From: Halocafeteria seosinensis | Taxonomy: Eukaryota | Reading direction: 5' to 3' | DNA length: 64,000 nucleotides | Assembly (NCBI GenBank): GCA_001687465.1 | Contig: LVLI01000231.1 | Location: 1 to 64,000, forward strand | Part shown: one piece after another, positions 1 through 10,238 of the stretch | Numbering within the stretch: the stretch's first letter is position 1 | Layout: every line of letters starts with the position of its first letter | Made by a program: the position numbers and the translations under genes | The notes under the pieces: generated by a model | The model's database searches: none | Told to the model about the DNA's origin: nothing | The model's input: only the letters and a program-made list of their open reading frames with translations

Positions 1-1
1 T

Positions 2-1702
2 AGAAGTAGAGGTACTGGTACCTGTAAGCGAAGGGGTTCCAGTATTGGACGTTGTAGGCGTTGACGTAGATGTAACGGATGGGGTGCTTGTCGGGGTCCC
101 TGTTACACTAGATGTTGTAGTCGGTGTGCCTGTTGATGTAGGGGTTGTAGTCTGAGTTGAGGTGGGCGTTCCGGTATTGGAGCTTGTAGATGTAGAAGAT
201 GGTGTTGATGTCGTCGTGGAGGTAGATGTGGGCGTGACAGATGGAGTAGTTGTAGACGTCGCAGTTTCAGTCACTGTTCCTGTGGGCGTACCCGTTGAGG
301 TAGGCGTGATGGTCTGCGTTAGGGATGGTGTTTCAGTATTGGAGGGGGTAACTGTGGTAGAAGCGGTTGGTGTTCCCGAAGGCGTTCGAGTGGAGGTGGC
401 TGTACTAGTCTGAGTGTAACTAGGTGTTCCTGTCCTGGATACGGTTGATGAGTGAGACGGTGTAGAAGTCCCTGTGGATGTGGAGGTCGAAGTCGAAGAT
501 GGTGTACTTGAAGACGTGCTCGTTCGACTGGGACTTTTTGTAGGGGTCCAAGTAGATGTATGCGTGTTGGTTGCGGTTGGTGTGGATGTTTTAGTGTTGG
601 TGTTTGTTGATGTGGATGTTGGGGTTGAAGACGAACTCCCTGTAGATGTCATGGTTTCAGTAGGTGTTGGCGTTGGTGTACCTGTTGATGTAGACGTAGC
701 ACTTTTTGTCGGGCTCGGTGTTTTCGTATTGGAGCCAGTAGACGTCGAAGAGGGTGTGATGGTGTTAGTGGATGTAGATGTCTGGGTAGAAGACGAAGTA
801 CTCGTGGAGGTCGCAGTTTCACTGGGTGTTCCTGTGGGTGAACCGGTTAATGTAGGCGTAGTAGTCTCAGTTGAGGAATGTGTTGCAGTGTTAGAGCTCG
901 TAGGCGTGGTAGACACAGTTGATGTTGCCGTGGGGGTATGTGTGGATGTTGAAGAGACAGTACTTGTAAAGGTTGTCGTTCCAGTCGGGGTTGTTGTGTG
1001 AGACGATGTAGAAGTTCTCGTGGAAGAAGATGATGGTGTGGAAGATGATGTGCTGGTTGGCGTGATTGTCTGAGTAGGTGTTGTCGTGGCTGTGCTCGTT
1101 TGACTTGAGGTTGGAGTTCCACTATTCGAAGATGTACTTGTGGGAGACGACGTGGAAGTCGTAGTTGGACTTGATGTTCCGGAAAATGTGCCAGTCGATG
1201 TAGAGGATCCTGTAGAAGTCGTAGAGGGTGTCGAGCTCTTTGTACGAGTGGGGCTCGGAGTCTCAGAAATCGTAGATGTGGTTGTTGGAGACCCCGTCTT
1301 GGACATTGTGCCTGTAGGAGTACTAGTAGAGGTGGAAGTCATGCTCCTCGTCGCAGTCCCTGTGCTTGATCCCGTGGTTGTTGCCGATGGCGTCCCGGAG
1401 GGGGAAGGTGTCGACGTACTGGTGGAATTCTGCGTAATTTCTGCGAGGTTCCTCGGGCCTGCTGAGTTTGCACTCAGGAGGGAACCACTTCCTTTATCTG
1501 ACGTATCCCACTCTTTTGTGCCTGTGCTACCATAGTTTGTGTCTTGCGCCTTTTCTGCCTCTGAAACTACCCGTCGATTCCTCAGCATGTATGCCTTGGA
1601 AGACCAGCTCAATAGTATTAAGATGCAAAGTGTTCCAACTGTGAGCCCTGAGACACTCTCGGCTTTCCCTCTGCCGTCCCTTAGAGTTGAACTATGCTTC
1701 AT
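2..1702 (-). CDS. Ser/Thr/Pro-rich mucin-like secreted or surface glycoprotein (3' end lies beyond the window)
   Basis: ATG at 1702 reads MKHSSTLRDGRGKAESVSGLTVGTLCILILLSWSSKA (hydrophobic signal or anchor), then QNSTSTSTPSPSGTPSATTTGSS. The same S/T/P/G-rich frame is in register at the window edge. Absent from the ORF track because it has no stop within the window. Confidence 0.85.
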   Translation of the reverse strand, partial: MKHSSTLRDGRGKAESVSGLTVGTLCILILLSWSSKAYMLRNRRVVSEAEKAQDTNYGSTGTKEWDTSDKGSGSLLSANSAGPRNLAEITQNSTSTSTPSPSGTPSATTTGSSTGTATRSMTSTSTSTPTGTMSKTGSPTTTSTISETPSPTRTKSSTPSTTSTGSSTSTGTFSGTSSPTTTSTSSPTSTSSNSGTPTSSQTSTATTTPTQTITPTSTSSSTPSSSSTRTSTSSHTTTPTGTTTFTSTVSSTSTHTPTATSTVSTTPTSSNTATHSSTETTTPTLTGSPTGTPSETATSTSTSSSTQTSTSTNTITPSSTSTGSNTKTPSPTKSATSTSTGTPTPTPTETMTSTGSSSSTPTSTSTNTNTKTSTPTATNTHTSTWTPTKSPSRTSTSSSTPSSTSTSTSTGTSTPSHSSTVSRTGTPSYTQTSTATSTRTPSGTPTASTTVTPSNTETPSLTQTITPTSTGTPTGTVTETATSTTTPSVTPTSTSTTTSTPSSTSTSSNTGTPTSTQTTTPTSTGTPTTTSSVTGTPTSTPSVTSTSTPTTSNTGTPSLTGTSTSTS

Positions 1703-2543
1703 GATGGCTCTGTTCGGAGAATTTGTAACTTGTAATATGTCTCTGAATCGCACCGTGGCGCCATGGCTCGATGTGGTGTCGGGCACGTATGTTGGCCTGT
1801 AATTTGCCACTCACTCTACTATGTATCTACTGTGCGCTAGGTCTGATGTATTCAAAGGCACTTCGTTATCTATTCTAAGAAATACATTTGCTACAATTTG
1901 TTTTAACATGTCTAATATCAGTATAACAGTGGCCGTTGCCCACAAATCAAGTTGCTCAGTTTTAGTTGAAGTTTCGCCACATACAGAGAAACTGTTGCGC
2001 AGAAATGATTGTCTATAGAAAGCTTGGAACACCGTGTATAGACAATGCCAAGTCCTCAGTTACTCCTAACCCCAAGAGTTGAGAAGGATGCATTAAAGAT
2101 ACTACATGCGTACTTCCAGGTAAACATCGCAGCAACACGCACATGACTTCACTGTGACACTGCGGTGCTTTGCTGTATTTTCTTTTTCTAGTCATTCATT
2201 GGTCAGCGGCTGCCTGGAATACCGCTGGTACAATCTACGGATAGTAAAGGCAGCAACCTAGATCAGTAAATCGTTCTGGGGCAGATTGCGGACAAGAAAA
2301 TGGAAAGTGTATTTTTGGTACTGGTGGCATCTTTTCTCGACTACCAAAGGAGCAACGCTACTAGCATAGAAGCCTTAGAATACTTACAGACGGACTGTGG
2401 TCACAGTGATCCCTCACGTTCTGACACATGAGACGGAGGCAATGTGCACAACGCTCGGAAGTACGGTTACTTCGCTCCCTGCATGACTCATGATGGGGTT
2501 AGCCTATTTAAGCTACCACGGTCAGGCGCGTCTCCCTGTTTGA

Positions 2544-2707
2544 CACACACACATAGGTGACAGATCGCCCACCGGCCGGGGAGTCGACCGCATCCTCTTA
2601 ACGAGGAGCGGTATGCGCCCGTGTTAAGCAGCGACGGGCCCGCTGTTCCTGCAGCCTTGCTGACACGCACCGTAAGGGAACACAACACTGGTTTTGCTCA
2701 GGAGGCA
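2544..2707 (-). mobile_element. 5'-truncated SINE / non-LTR retroelement 3' end with (TG)n tail, copy 1
   Basis: About 165 bp nearly identical to 2876-3053. A (CA)n run at the left end is a (TG)n tail on the minus strand. Flanked by the direct repeat GTTTGA (2538-2543 and 2708-2713), which begins exactly where homology to copy 2 stops. Confidence 0.65.
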
Positions 2708-2875
2708 GTTTGATGCGGGGTTTGCTTCGACGTATTCCGGCCAAAACTCATCGCTTCATCACTGGCCCTCCAATAACGATGTATGAGAGCAAAAGCGTCC
2801 TTTGAAGGTTACGGCGCTGATGGATCCGAATGAAATGGAATTTTGGGCGCCGCACTCACTGCGCACTGTTTAACT

Positions 2876-3270
2876 CACACACACACAAATGTGACAGATA
2901 GCCCACCGGCCGGGGAATTGACCGCATCCTCTTAACGAGGAGCGATATGCGCCCGTGTTAAGCAGCGACGACGGGCCCGCTGTTCCTGCGGCCTTGCTGA
3001 CATGCGCCGTGAGGGAACAGGGGAAACACAACACTGGTTTTGCTCAGGAGGCATCGGAGGAGGAGCCATGCCTGCGCCCACGATGTCAGGGGTACCGTCA
3101 AGGCTCAGTCTGGCAGGTGAAGACCCTGAGTCTCCTGAGACCCTGAGCCTGCCACAGCGACGGCGACGCCAAGACCGGTTGCAGCAGCGCAGGCAGGATT
3201 AAGTGTTGTTCCCGACGCAACAGTTGTGACCAATGCTAAGCCACCACCTGACGTGGGAGGTGGCTCCCAG
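2876..3270 (-). mobile_element. Same retroposon-like element, copy 2 (probably longer; right boundary uncertain)
   Basis: 2876-3053 aligns with copy 1 (8 substitutions, 3-bp and 9-bp indels). GC-rich, hairpin-rich sequence continues to about 3270. No target-site duplication found. Confidence 0.55.
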
Positions 3271-3815
3271 GCTACTTAGTACGTGCAAGTTGCAACTGTA
3301 CCCACTTGTACTGGACAACTTGTACGACTGGCTGTATGCTCATCATTACTTGCACTTGGCATCAAAAGTCTAACCACTCCAGTCATTATATTAGTTGCTG
3401 CAACGCGAACATTGCTTCTTGGTGAATGTGTCAACTAAGTTGGCGAATTGCTCCAATCCGAATTTTCCCACCTTCCTTCTTCCACAAAAAACGCGCGCAG
3501 ATCTAAGTCGCACACCATCGCGCCCCCAACCAGTTTTCTCAGCCAAAGGAAATGATAGAGTCATGCAACGCATGATAAACTGGATATCACACCTCACAAT
3601 GTCCTTGGTCTGTTGTTATTTCATGTATGAGCAGCAGTGTTGAAGTTCGCATAAACGCCCCTCCCCACAGTCACTACCTGGTACAATCGTTGGTGTAGTC
3701 AACTACCTTCCCTATTTGCGTGGGTTGTACACTTCGCATACAGCTCTCACACAGAGCTCTCTTGTATCCTATTCTACGGGCTGTCTTCGTGGGACTGCCT
3801 CTTGTAACGACAGGG

Positions 3816-5662
3816 ATGCCTCTGTTCGACCGGCCGACTACCGGAGATCCGACGGATACCCAACGAGATAAACGAGGCTTACCAGCTTTAGTCGGCCAAC
3901 CACCTTCAGGAGAGCACGAATTGCGCGATGACAATGTCGTATCATTCGAGTTCTTACCCCTTGCCATCAAAATACTGAGAGAAGTGAAGAGCAAGTATGG
4001 ATCTCACGAAGAATTTTTAGTGCACACCTACGGACCTCCCATTTCCAAGCCAGTAAGATTCGATTTCGCAAAGATGCATTTTTTGACAAAGATCAAATAC
4101 TATTCTATGGATATCCAATACAGGAAGCTGACAAGATCCTCAGGAACTATTTGCGAGAATCAAAGATCAATGGCCAGTTGCACGTTAAATGGAATCCCCA
4201 GCTCAACGTGGCAGGAAGAGTATACGTTTCGCGTAAAGCAAGCACTCCCGAAACTCCAAAGTTCACTCTTCAGGTGTATGATCCGCATCATGCATCGTCA
4301 ACAGAGCAAATGTTAAACGATAGGCTAGGAAGCGAAGACTCCATGAATTATGCAGATACCTCAGGCTCCAGCTTTGCCCCGCTCAGAAACAGCGACTCGA
4401 GGGATTCTGGAAGTTCGAATACAGTTCTCCGTACCCATGGCATATACTGTTTTGCAGCCCATGAAATAGGAACCCATTTAGTGAGGAGTCTTAACGAAGG
4501 GTTCCAACCTTGGGCGCAGAACCGGAATAAGTTTAACTTGTGTAAATACCATAGTCGCCAAGCGATCGAGACAGAAGAAGGCCTTGCATCTTTAAATACG
4601 GCCGTTCCTGCCAGAGTAAAGTACTTGTTCTCTCCTGCTCTACTGTATTATGCTGTATGCCGGGCATCACAGCGATCTTTCGGGCAGCTAATGGATGATT
4701 TAAGTGAGTTCATGCCGAACTACGAAGCGCGCCTTAGGCTGGCAAAAAGGGTTAAGCCTAATAACAAAGTGCAGAGCAAGGGCCAGGCATACTTTGAAGG
4801 AGCTGTGAGGGTTCTTCATACAATATTCGACGATCATTTTGGCCAAAGCAACGAGTTTGTTTGTCAACATACTTGTGAAAGATGGGACCAGACGGAGAGC
4901 ATCTGGAACCTGCATATGCTTTTCGCCGGGCGTCTTTCCATAGAGGAACTGTCGTGTCGCCGAGTACAGCGCGTTGCACGGTCTGAGACGTTAGCGTTGC
5001 CCGACTTTGCTCGGAATATGCTTCAATATAGAGAGGCTCTCTTGGAGATAGGTAAAGTGAATTATATTCTATCGGATAGTGGGACGAAAGGGAGAGTTTC
5101 AACCAGTCAAGGCCCTACCCGCTCATTGAGTACTCGACTACAGAGAATGCACGGTTCGTACAGGGATGGCAAGGGAAGTACGAGACGCACAAAGGAGGCA
5201 GCTGAATCCAGAAAGCATGAACGCGAACAAACTACAGTACCGGAGGAACGTGTACCAAAATCGAGAAAATCCCAATACAGGGATATAGCCACAAGGATGG
5301 CAAACAGAACGTACACAACTCGAGTAAGCGAGCAGTCATTTGCAAGGGGTACTTTACATACGCCTAATACCATATCATTCATGGGCTTGGATAAAGGCAT
5401 GGTTCCCGCGGACAACACCGCCACTACAAACAGGGAAGCAGGACTTCCTCCCATACTCGTTGACTCGAGCAAGCGAGGATACTCCCGATCATTGCGCAAT
5501 ACAAGGAGCTTTGGCAGTGCATTTGCAAACACGGCCTTCTCAGCTGATACTGATAACTTAGACAGCATCCAGGACATCTTGATGACAACAGGGCGTAACC
5601 CCATTTACGGCTCAAGAGCTAGACAGCGCAACCTGCCTGAGCTCAGGCGCCGTGATACGTAG
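3816..5662 (+). CDS. MATCAP: MATCAP/KIAA0895-family (DUF1704) metallopeptidase, putative tubulin carboxypeptidase; start uncertain, upstream exons possible
   Basis: HEIGTH (HExxxH) followed by TEEGLASLN. A GT-AG intron at 4053-4123 joins ORF 3720 to ORF 4151 in frame. Confidence 0.8.
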
Positions 5663-6383
5663 CAGTCTCTTGGAGCTCGGAACCATGCTCGTCGCCACGA
5701 GCTCGAGTGTCTTCGGCAGTAGGTCGAGATTCGTATACAGCTTCTACAATATCTCTCTTGAACTTCATGTTGGCTCCTTTGAATCCAATATAAAAGATTT
5801 TGGTTTGGTCCCCACCAATGGATTCTGGGAAAAACATCGTAATAGATTGAACACTGTAAAACTTCGAGGTCTTGAGCGCATATTCATATTCGGCATCAAT
5901 ATCTTCATTCAAATCCAACGTTTGCGTTGAAGGCAGGTCGTGAGCGTTGGAGAAGTCGATGTCGTCTCTGTTTATGAACAGTTTGACCTGTGATGGATGC
6001 TTGGCTCCTTGTTCCCCTGATATAGTGACTGATTTCAACTTCACCGCGTTGATGAACGGTACGTGAATGATGAGTTCTGGATCGGCATCCTGGGATTCAA
6101 CAAATTTTGTACGATCATGTCTTTCTTCATACGGCTTGAACACATGCTTTGCGCTCCCCTCATCTTCTTCATTTAAGGCTTTTATCTGTCGAAGAGTAGA
6201 TAAGCTTGGTTAAGTTGAACTCGAGAATCAATCCGTGCGTGCACATACCTTGTCCTTATCAATAAGTGAGTACAATGACATCCCTTCTGGATCCACATCG
6301 TCGTGCTCATGTCCGCAACCACATCCACCTCCTCCTCCAGCTCCTCCATGTCCGTGGTGATGGTGATGATGATGAGATGCCAT
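5643..6383 (-). CDS. PITHD1: PITH domain-containing protein 1
   Basis: Exon 1 6383-6249 (MASHHHHHHHGHGG...SLYSLIDKDK), intron 6248-6186, exon 2 6185-5643 with ESQDADPELIIHVPF, VKLFINR and TKIFYIGFKG. Confidence 0.9.
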
Positions 6384-6588
6384 GGTTGATAATTCTGCGC
6401 CACTCACTGAGCTAGAAGAATCATGTATTTCCTGCTACCCACTCTGTCTGTTTCTTGCTCTTCTTGACATTACTGCATGTCATTCCATTCAATGACTCGA
6501 CTCGAGTGTGGCCTCGTTTCTGAACCTTAATGCTGTCGAACACGCTGACCTTGCTTCTTCAACACAGCAATGTTTCCTTCATGTTGAA

Positions 6589-9019
6589 ATGGACCTGAGG
6601 ACCTCGTCCTTCGTCCGTTCCTTGTTACCATACCACAAGGGTTTTGACTGGACGCGCGTTTCATTATCCGACTCCCTCTCGCGCGTCTACGAGCGTGCTT
6701 TTCATCTGTCAGTTGGAAGCTTTATTGGAATGAAAAACGGAAGTATTATGCGTGCTTCCCCCACTGGACGACGTGCGCCCCCGCCGACTGCTATATGGAA
6801 CGGAAGAGACCGCGGTGAAAGATACTATGACAGAAGTTTACGAAGGCATCAACAAGAGAAAGCTGCAGAAGAAGGATCCAGGAGAGAATGTATGTGACAA
6901 ATTGTACTTCCCTTTGGAGCATGTGTTAGTATTTAAAAGGTCACAAGAAACGTGCAGATCCGCCGTCCTTGTCCGACCTAGCGAAGAACGTAGGAGGAAA
7001 CCGTGAGGTGTTTCCCAGGACGAATTCCTCCTCTCCCAACTCGGATGGTGCTTCCTATTTTCAAACGGACAACGTCGAGGTATGCATGGTACGCCTCACA
7101 GCTCTGGGCATTACTATTCTACAACTATAATCTTCCTAGAGTCGCAGACATTACATAATAGGATACGCTCTTTAGAGGACGACAATGCAAGCTTGTCATC
7201 AATGCTATCCGATATCCTTGCAATTAGGAGCTCTCCGAACTCGGACGAGCCTGGAGAAATTGATGTGGAGACTGTTCGACAGCACCTTCAGCGTCTTGCT
7301 TCCCATTACTCTCCGACAACGGAGCGGAGGCTGCAAAATACCGGTACAGATCCATCAATATCCGCTTTGTGTAACGCTGCGGACAAAATTCGTGAAAGGA
7401 TTAATGCTTCTTCCTCTTCTCATAGAGGAACTTTGGGTGGCAACAGTCCAAAGAGTAATGGGAGCTCCTATGCGGAGCGACTCGCTAAAAAGGTTGGACA
7501 GTCTCCTGCCTGGCGATCTCTGTCGACCGACCAAGAGAATGAACGAGTAAGTTCCTTTCTCAATAGTTTGAGTAACCTTGATAAGGTTTTATAGTAGGGT
7601 CTGTTTTTATCGCTCTTGCAGCTGCGGACGGAAGTTCAAAGGCTCCAAACACGGATATCCGACTTATCCATCAGTACAAAGAAGATGAAAGATATGTTTA
7701 CGTCATTAATGAGGGTTATAAAGCCAATTATTGAGGAGGGAAAAGGGAAAAAGCGCTACGAAGAAACGAGACAAGCTTTAGAAAAGGTTGAAAATGATCT
7801 TTCGGCTGCCTTGAGATCTCAGCCAGTGGACAGCCCTGTGGAAGACCAGAAGACGACGCGCCTCAAAGAAATCCTTCAGGAAGTACGAGAGCAGGCAAAT
7901 TCACTGAAAACTGAGCTAAATTTAGTTAAACATGAACGAGATAGTGAGCGACAGCAGCATGAAGAGAGCATGACAGCTCTCGAGCAAGAGAACAAGCGCC
8001 TACGAAAGGCACTTCAAATGAAGAGACGACCCGGGCAAGGTTACGTCAATCGAACAACAGAACGAGCCCTCGCTACGCCAGTGGTGCAAATGACCCTAGA
8101 TTCGGAAAACAGACAGAAGTTCTCCTCTTTACTACAAAGTGTCATTCCATTGGTTGATGAAAATGACCTCCGCATGGCCGAATCTTTGTTCGCCTCCTCC
8201 GAGAAGGGGTTGGGACATATTACCGATCTGGTGAAACGAAACGTCTCGGCTGTAGAGACATCTTCTCAAAGCTTATGCTCGAAAGCCCTGTCAAAGTGTG
8301 AGAACCTAGATCAGAGACTAGGTAGTATAGAAAACCGAGCTAAGCGGGCACTCAAACGCAACAAGGATGCTCACATGCTTAGATACCGTACTCAGTCACA
8401 TACTAGGGCTCTCCGAAACCGTGTGAGAGAGATTGTAGAAGAAATGAACGATATGAAGACTTCGCTGGATTCCTATGCTAGATCGATAGAGCATAGCATT
8501 ACCAATGTCAGAAGCATGAAACACTCCCACCACAGTAAGGAACAAGAGTCGGCTCTAGAGAAGAGGAAAGCAGAGGCAGCTAGGAAACGGAAGCAACTCG
8601 AAGAGCGCCGAAAGCAGCTTGACGCAGAAGCTGCGGAGGCCTCACAACTGCTAAAAAAGCAGTCAAAGCAGAGAAAGAAGCGCCTTTCACAAGTTTCGAA
8701 TAGAGGAAGCCAAGACTTGACCAGCGCGCACAGTAGCTCGGGATTAATCAGACAAAGGAGCATAAGCGCTGCACAAAGTCTGATCAGCGAAGGACAGGGT
8801 CTAATAAATGAAGAGGATGTCCATGTATCAAATGATACCGATTCATCAACCACTACCGACGACTCTGGCGTCCAGCATGTCGGGGCCGTTTCTTCCAGGT
8901 TACCACGACAGGAATCTTCTCCAGCCCACATTGGCGGAAATCCTCGAAGTGGTTTGCAGAGGCGTCGGACGCTATCGCAATGGCTGCTTCGCTCGAAATT
9001 GTCGGAAGAATCCACTTGA
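6589..9019 (+). CDS. Hypothetical coiled-coil protein, 4 exons (alternative starts at 6730 and 6748)
   Basis: GT-AG introns at about 6890-6957, 7080-7147 and 7547-7621 join the ORFs in frame. Long E/K/R/Q-rich helical segments. Confidence 0.7.
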
Positions 9020-9066
9020 TACATAGTGGTGCGAAGTGCCAAAGATGAGATATAATGTTGAACAGC

Positions 9067-9868
9067 CTACATATCACGATTGGAATGTTTCCTATGTAGT
9101 TCTTCCTCTTCCTCCACTCTTCGTCTTATCTGCGTCATTCTTTTCACTCTTCATCGCCGATGAATTAGCATACCTCGCGTACTTACCCTTTGCCAATCAA
9201 GAAAAGCTTCTGGTTTTGATGCTATCCGCTCGGCGTTCGACATCTGCGACCAGGAGTGAGCTTTATCACGAAAAATCTGACAAAGATGTGAGCACTTACA
9301 TCCTCCATTTCTTCATTATGCCGCTGTTCAGCATCTAATAGTGTTTGCATGGCCTGCAGATGAGTGCGTCAAATAGACGAAGTCACTCAAGACGTACCGA
9401 TCCCCCACTTACTCGATTATACATGAAATATTTCCAAGTGTACGCAACGACGACCATCCCTAAAATAAATTTCCATGCCGAGAAGTTGTGCCTGTGCACC
9501 GAGGTCTTGGGAGCCACGCGGTAGGCCAAACCCTTTGAATCTTCCCCAGTAGTTCCCGTTTCCACATTGCTCCCTTCCCCAATCCTTTTGCCTACCCCGC
9601 TACCATCTCCTGGTGTGTTGGATGCCATAGTAGAATCCTTCTCCCGGGGCTCAACACTGTTTCCGCTGTCAGGTTCCTGCCGTGATAGCGTTGCCTTTGT
9701 CTGAAAAGATGCTCGTTGAACAGAGCCATGTTTCCACCGAGGGATGCCGGACGGCATCCTTACGCTTCTTAAGAGCACCAGAGACTCTGCATTTCTCATG
9801 TACAACATATACATAGCACATCACCACGTCAGGTTCGTTCCCTCGGAGCACTTACGTTTCGTGATCAT
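9067..9868 (-). CDS. Hypothetical single-TM protein, possibly mitochondrial, 5 exons
   Basis: Spliced reading MITKQSLVLLRSVRMP...WKFILGMVVVAYTWKYFMYNR|AMQTLLDAEQRHNEEMED|MSNAERIASKPEAFLDWQR|IRRRVEEEEELHRKHSNRDM*. All donors are GTAAGT. Basic N-terminus without acidic residues. Confidence 0.65.
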
Positions 9869-10238
9869 TCTGGTCGTCTGCCCTTCCACGGTTGATGGAA
9901 GCTGAAGGCAACTCGCTATGTGGACGCCGTGACCGGCATACCATCAGCTGACGCACGCACTACTCAGCGTCTTTTTTTCATTTCGTCTTTGAAGTTCGGC
10001 TTGAAACGGTAGCTTCACAAACAGTGTTGTGTTGCGACCGATAGCCGTTTACGTGCATAATTGCCTCCAACACGCTCATTCCCTACGAACTTCTTGCAGT
10101 ATTGGCATCATTTGTGCCTGGAGTACACTGCCGAGGAAAGAGCCTGGCCGTGAAGCAACAGGGGAACGAGTATGGAGCTTGAACTGCGATTGCTTGCGAC
10201 CAACATATACGTACAACGACGACAACACGGGTGAAGCG

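Noticed and set aside
162..1535. Val-rich plus-strand ORFs (162, 474, 1140)
   Set aside because: Antisense shadows of the Thr/Ser codons of the minus-strand mucin gene.
2544..2707. HDV-like ribozyme suggested by TCCTCG on the minus strand
   Set aside because: P1, P3 and P2 pairings could not be built around it.
3315..3328. 14-bp inverted match with 38289-38302 (ACAACTTGTACGAC)
   Set aside because: Several 14-mer matches are expected by chance in 64 kb, and the flanks do not extend the match.
6290..6383. Poly-His/Gly/Cys N-terminus of PITHD1
   Set aside because: His/Cys-rich N-termini are a usual feature of this family.
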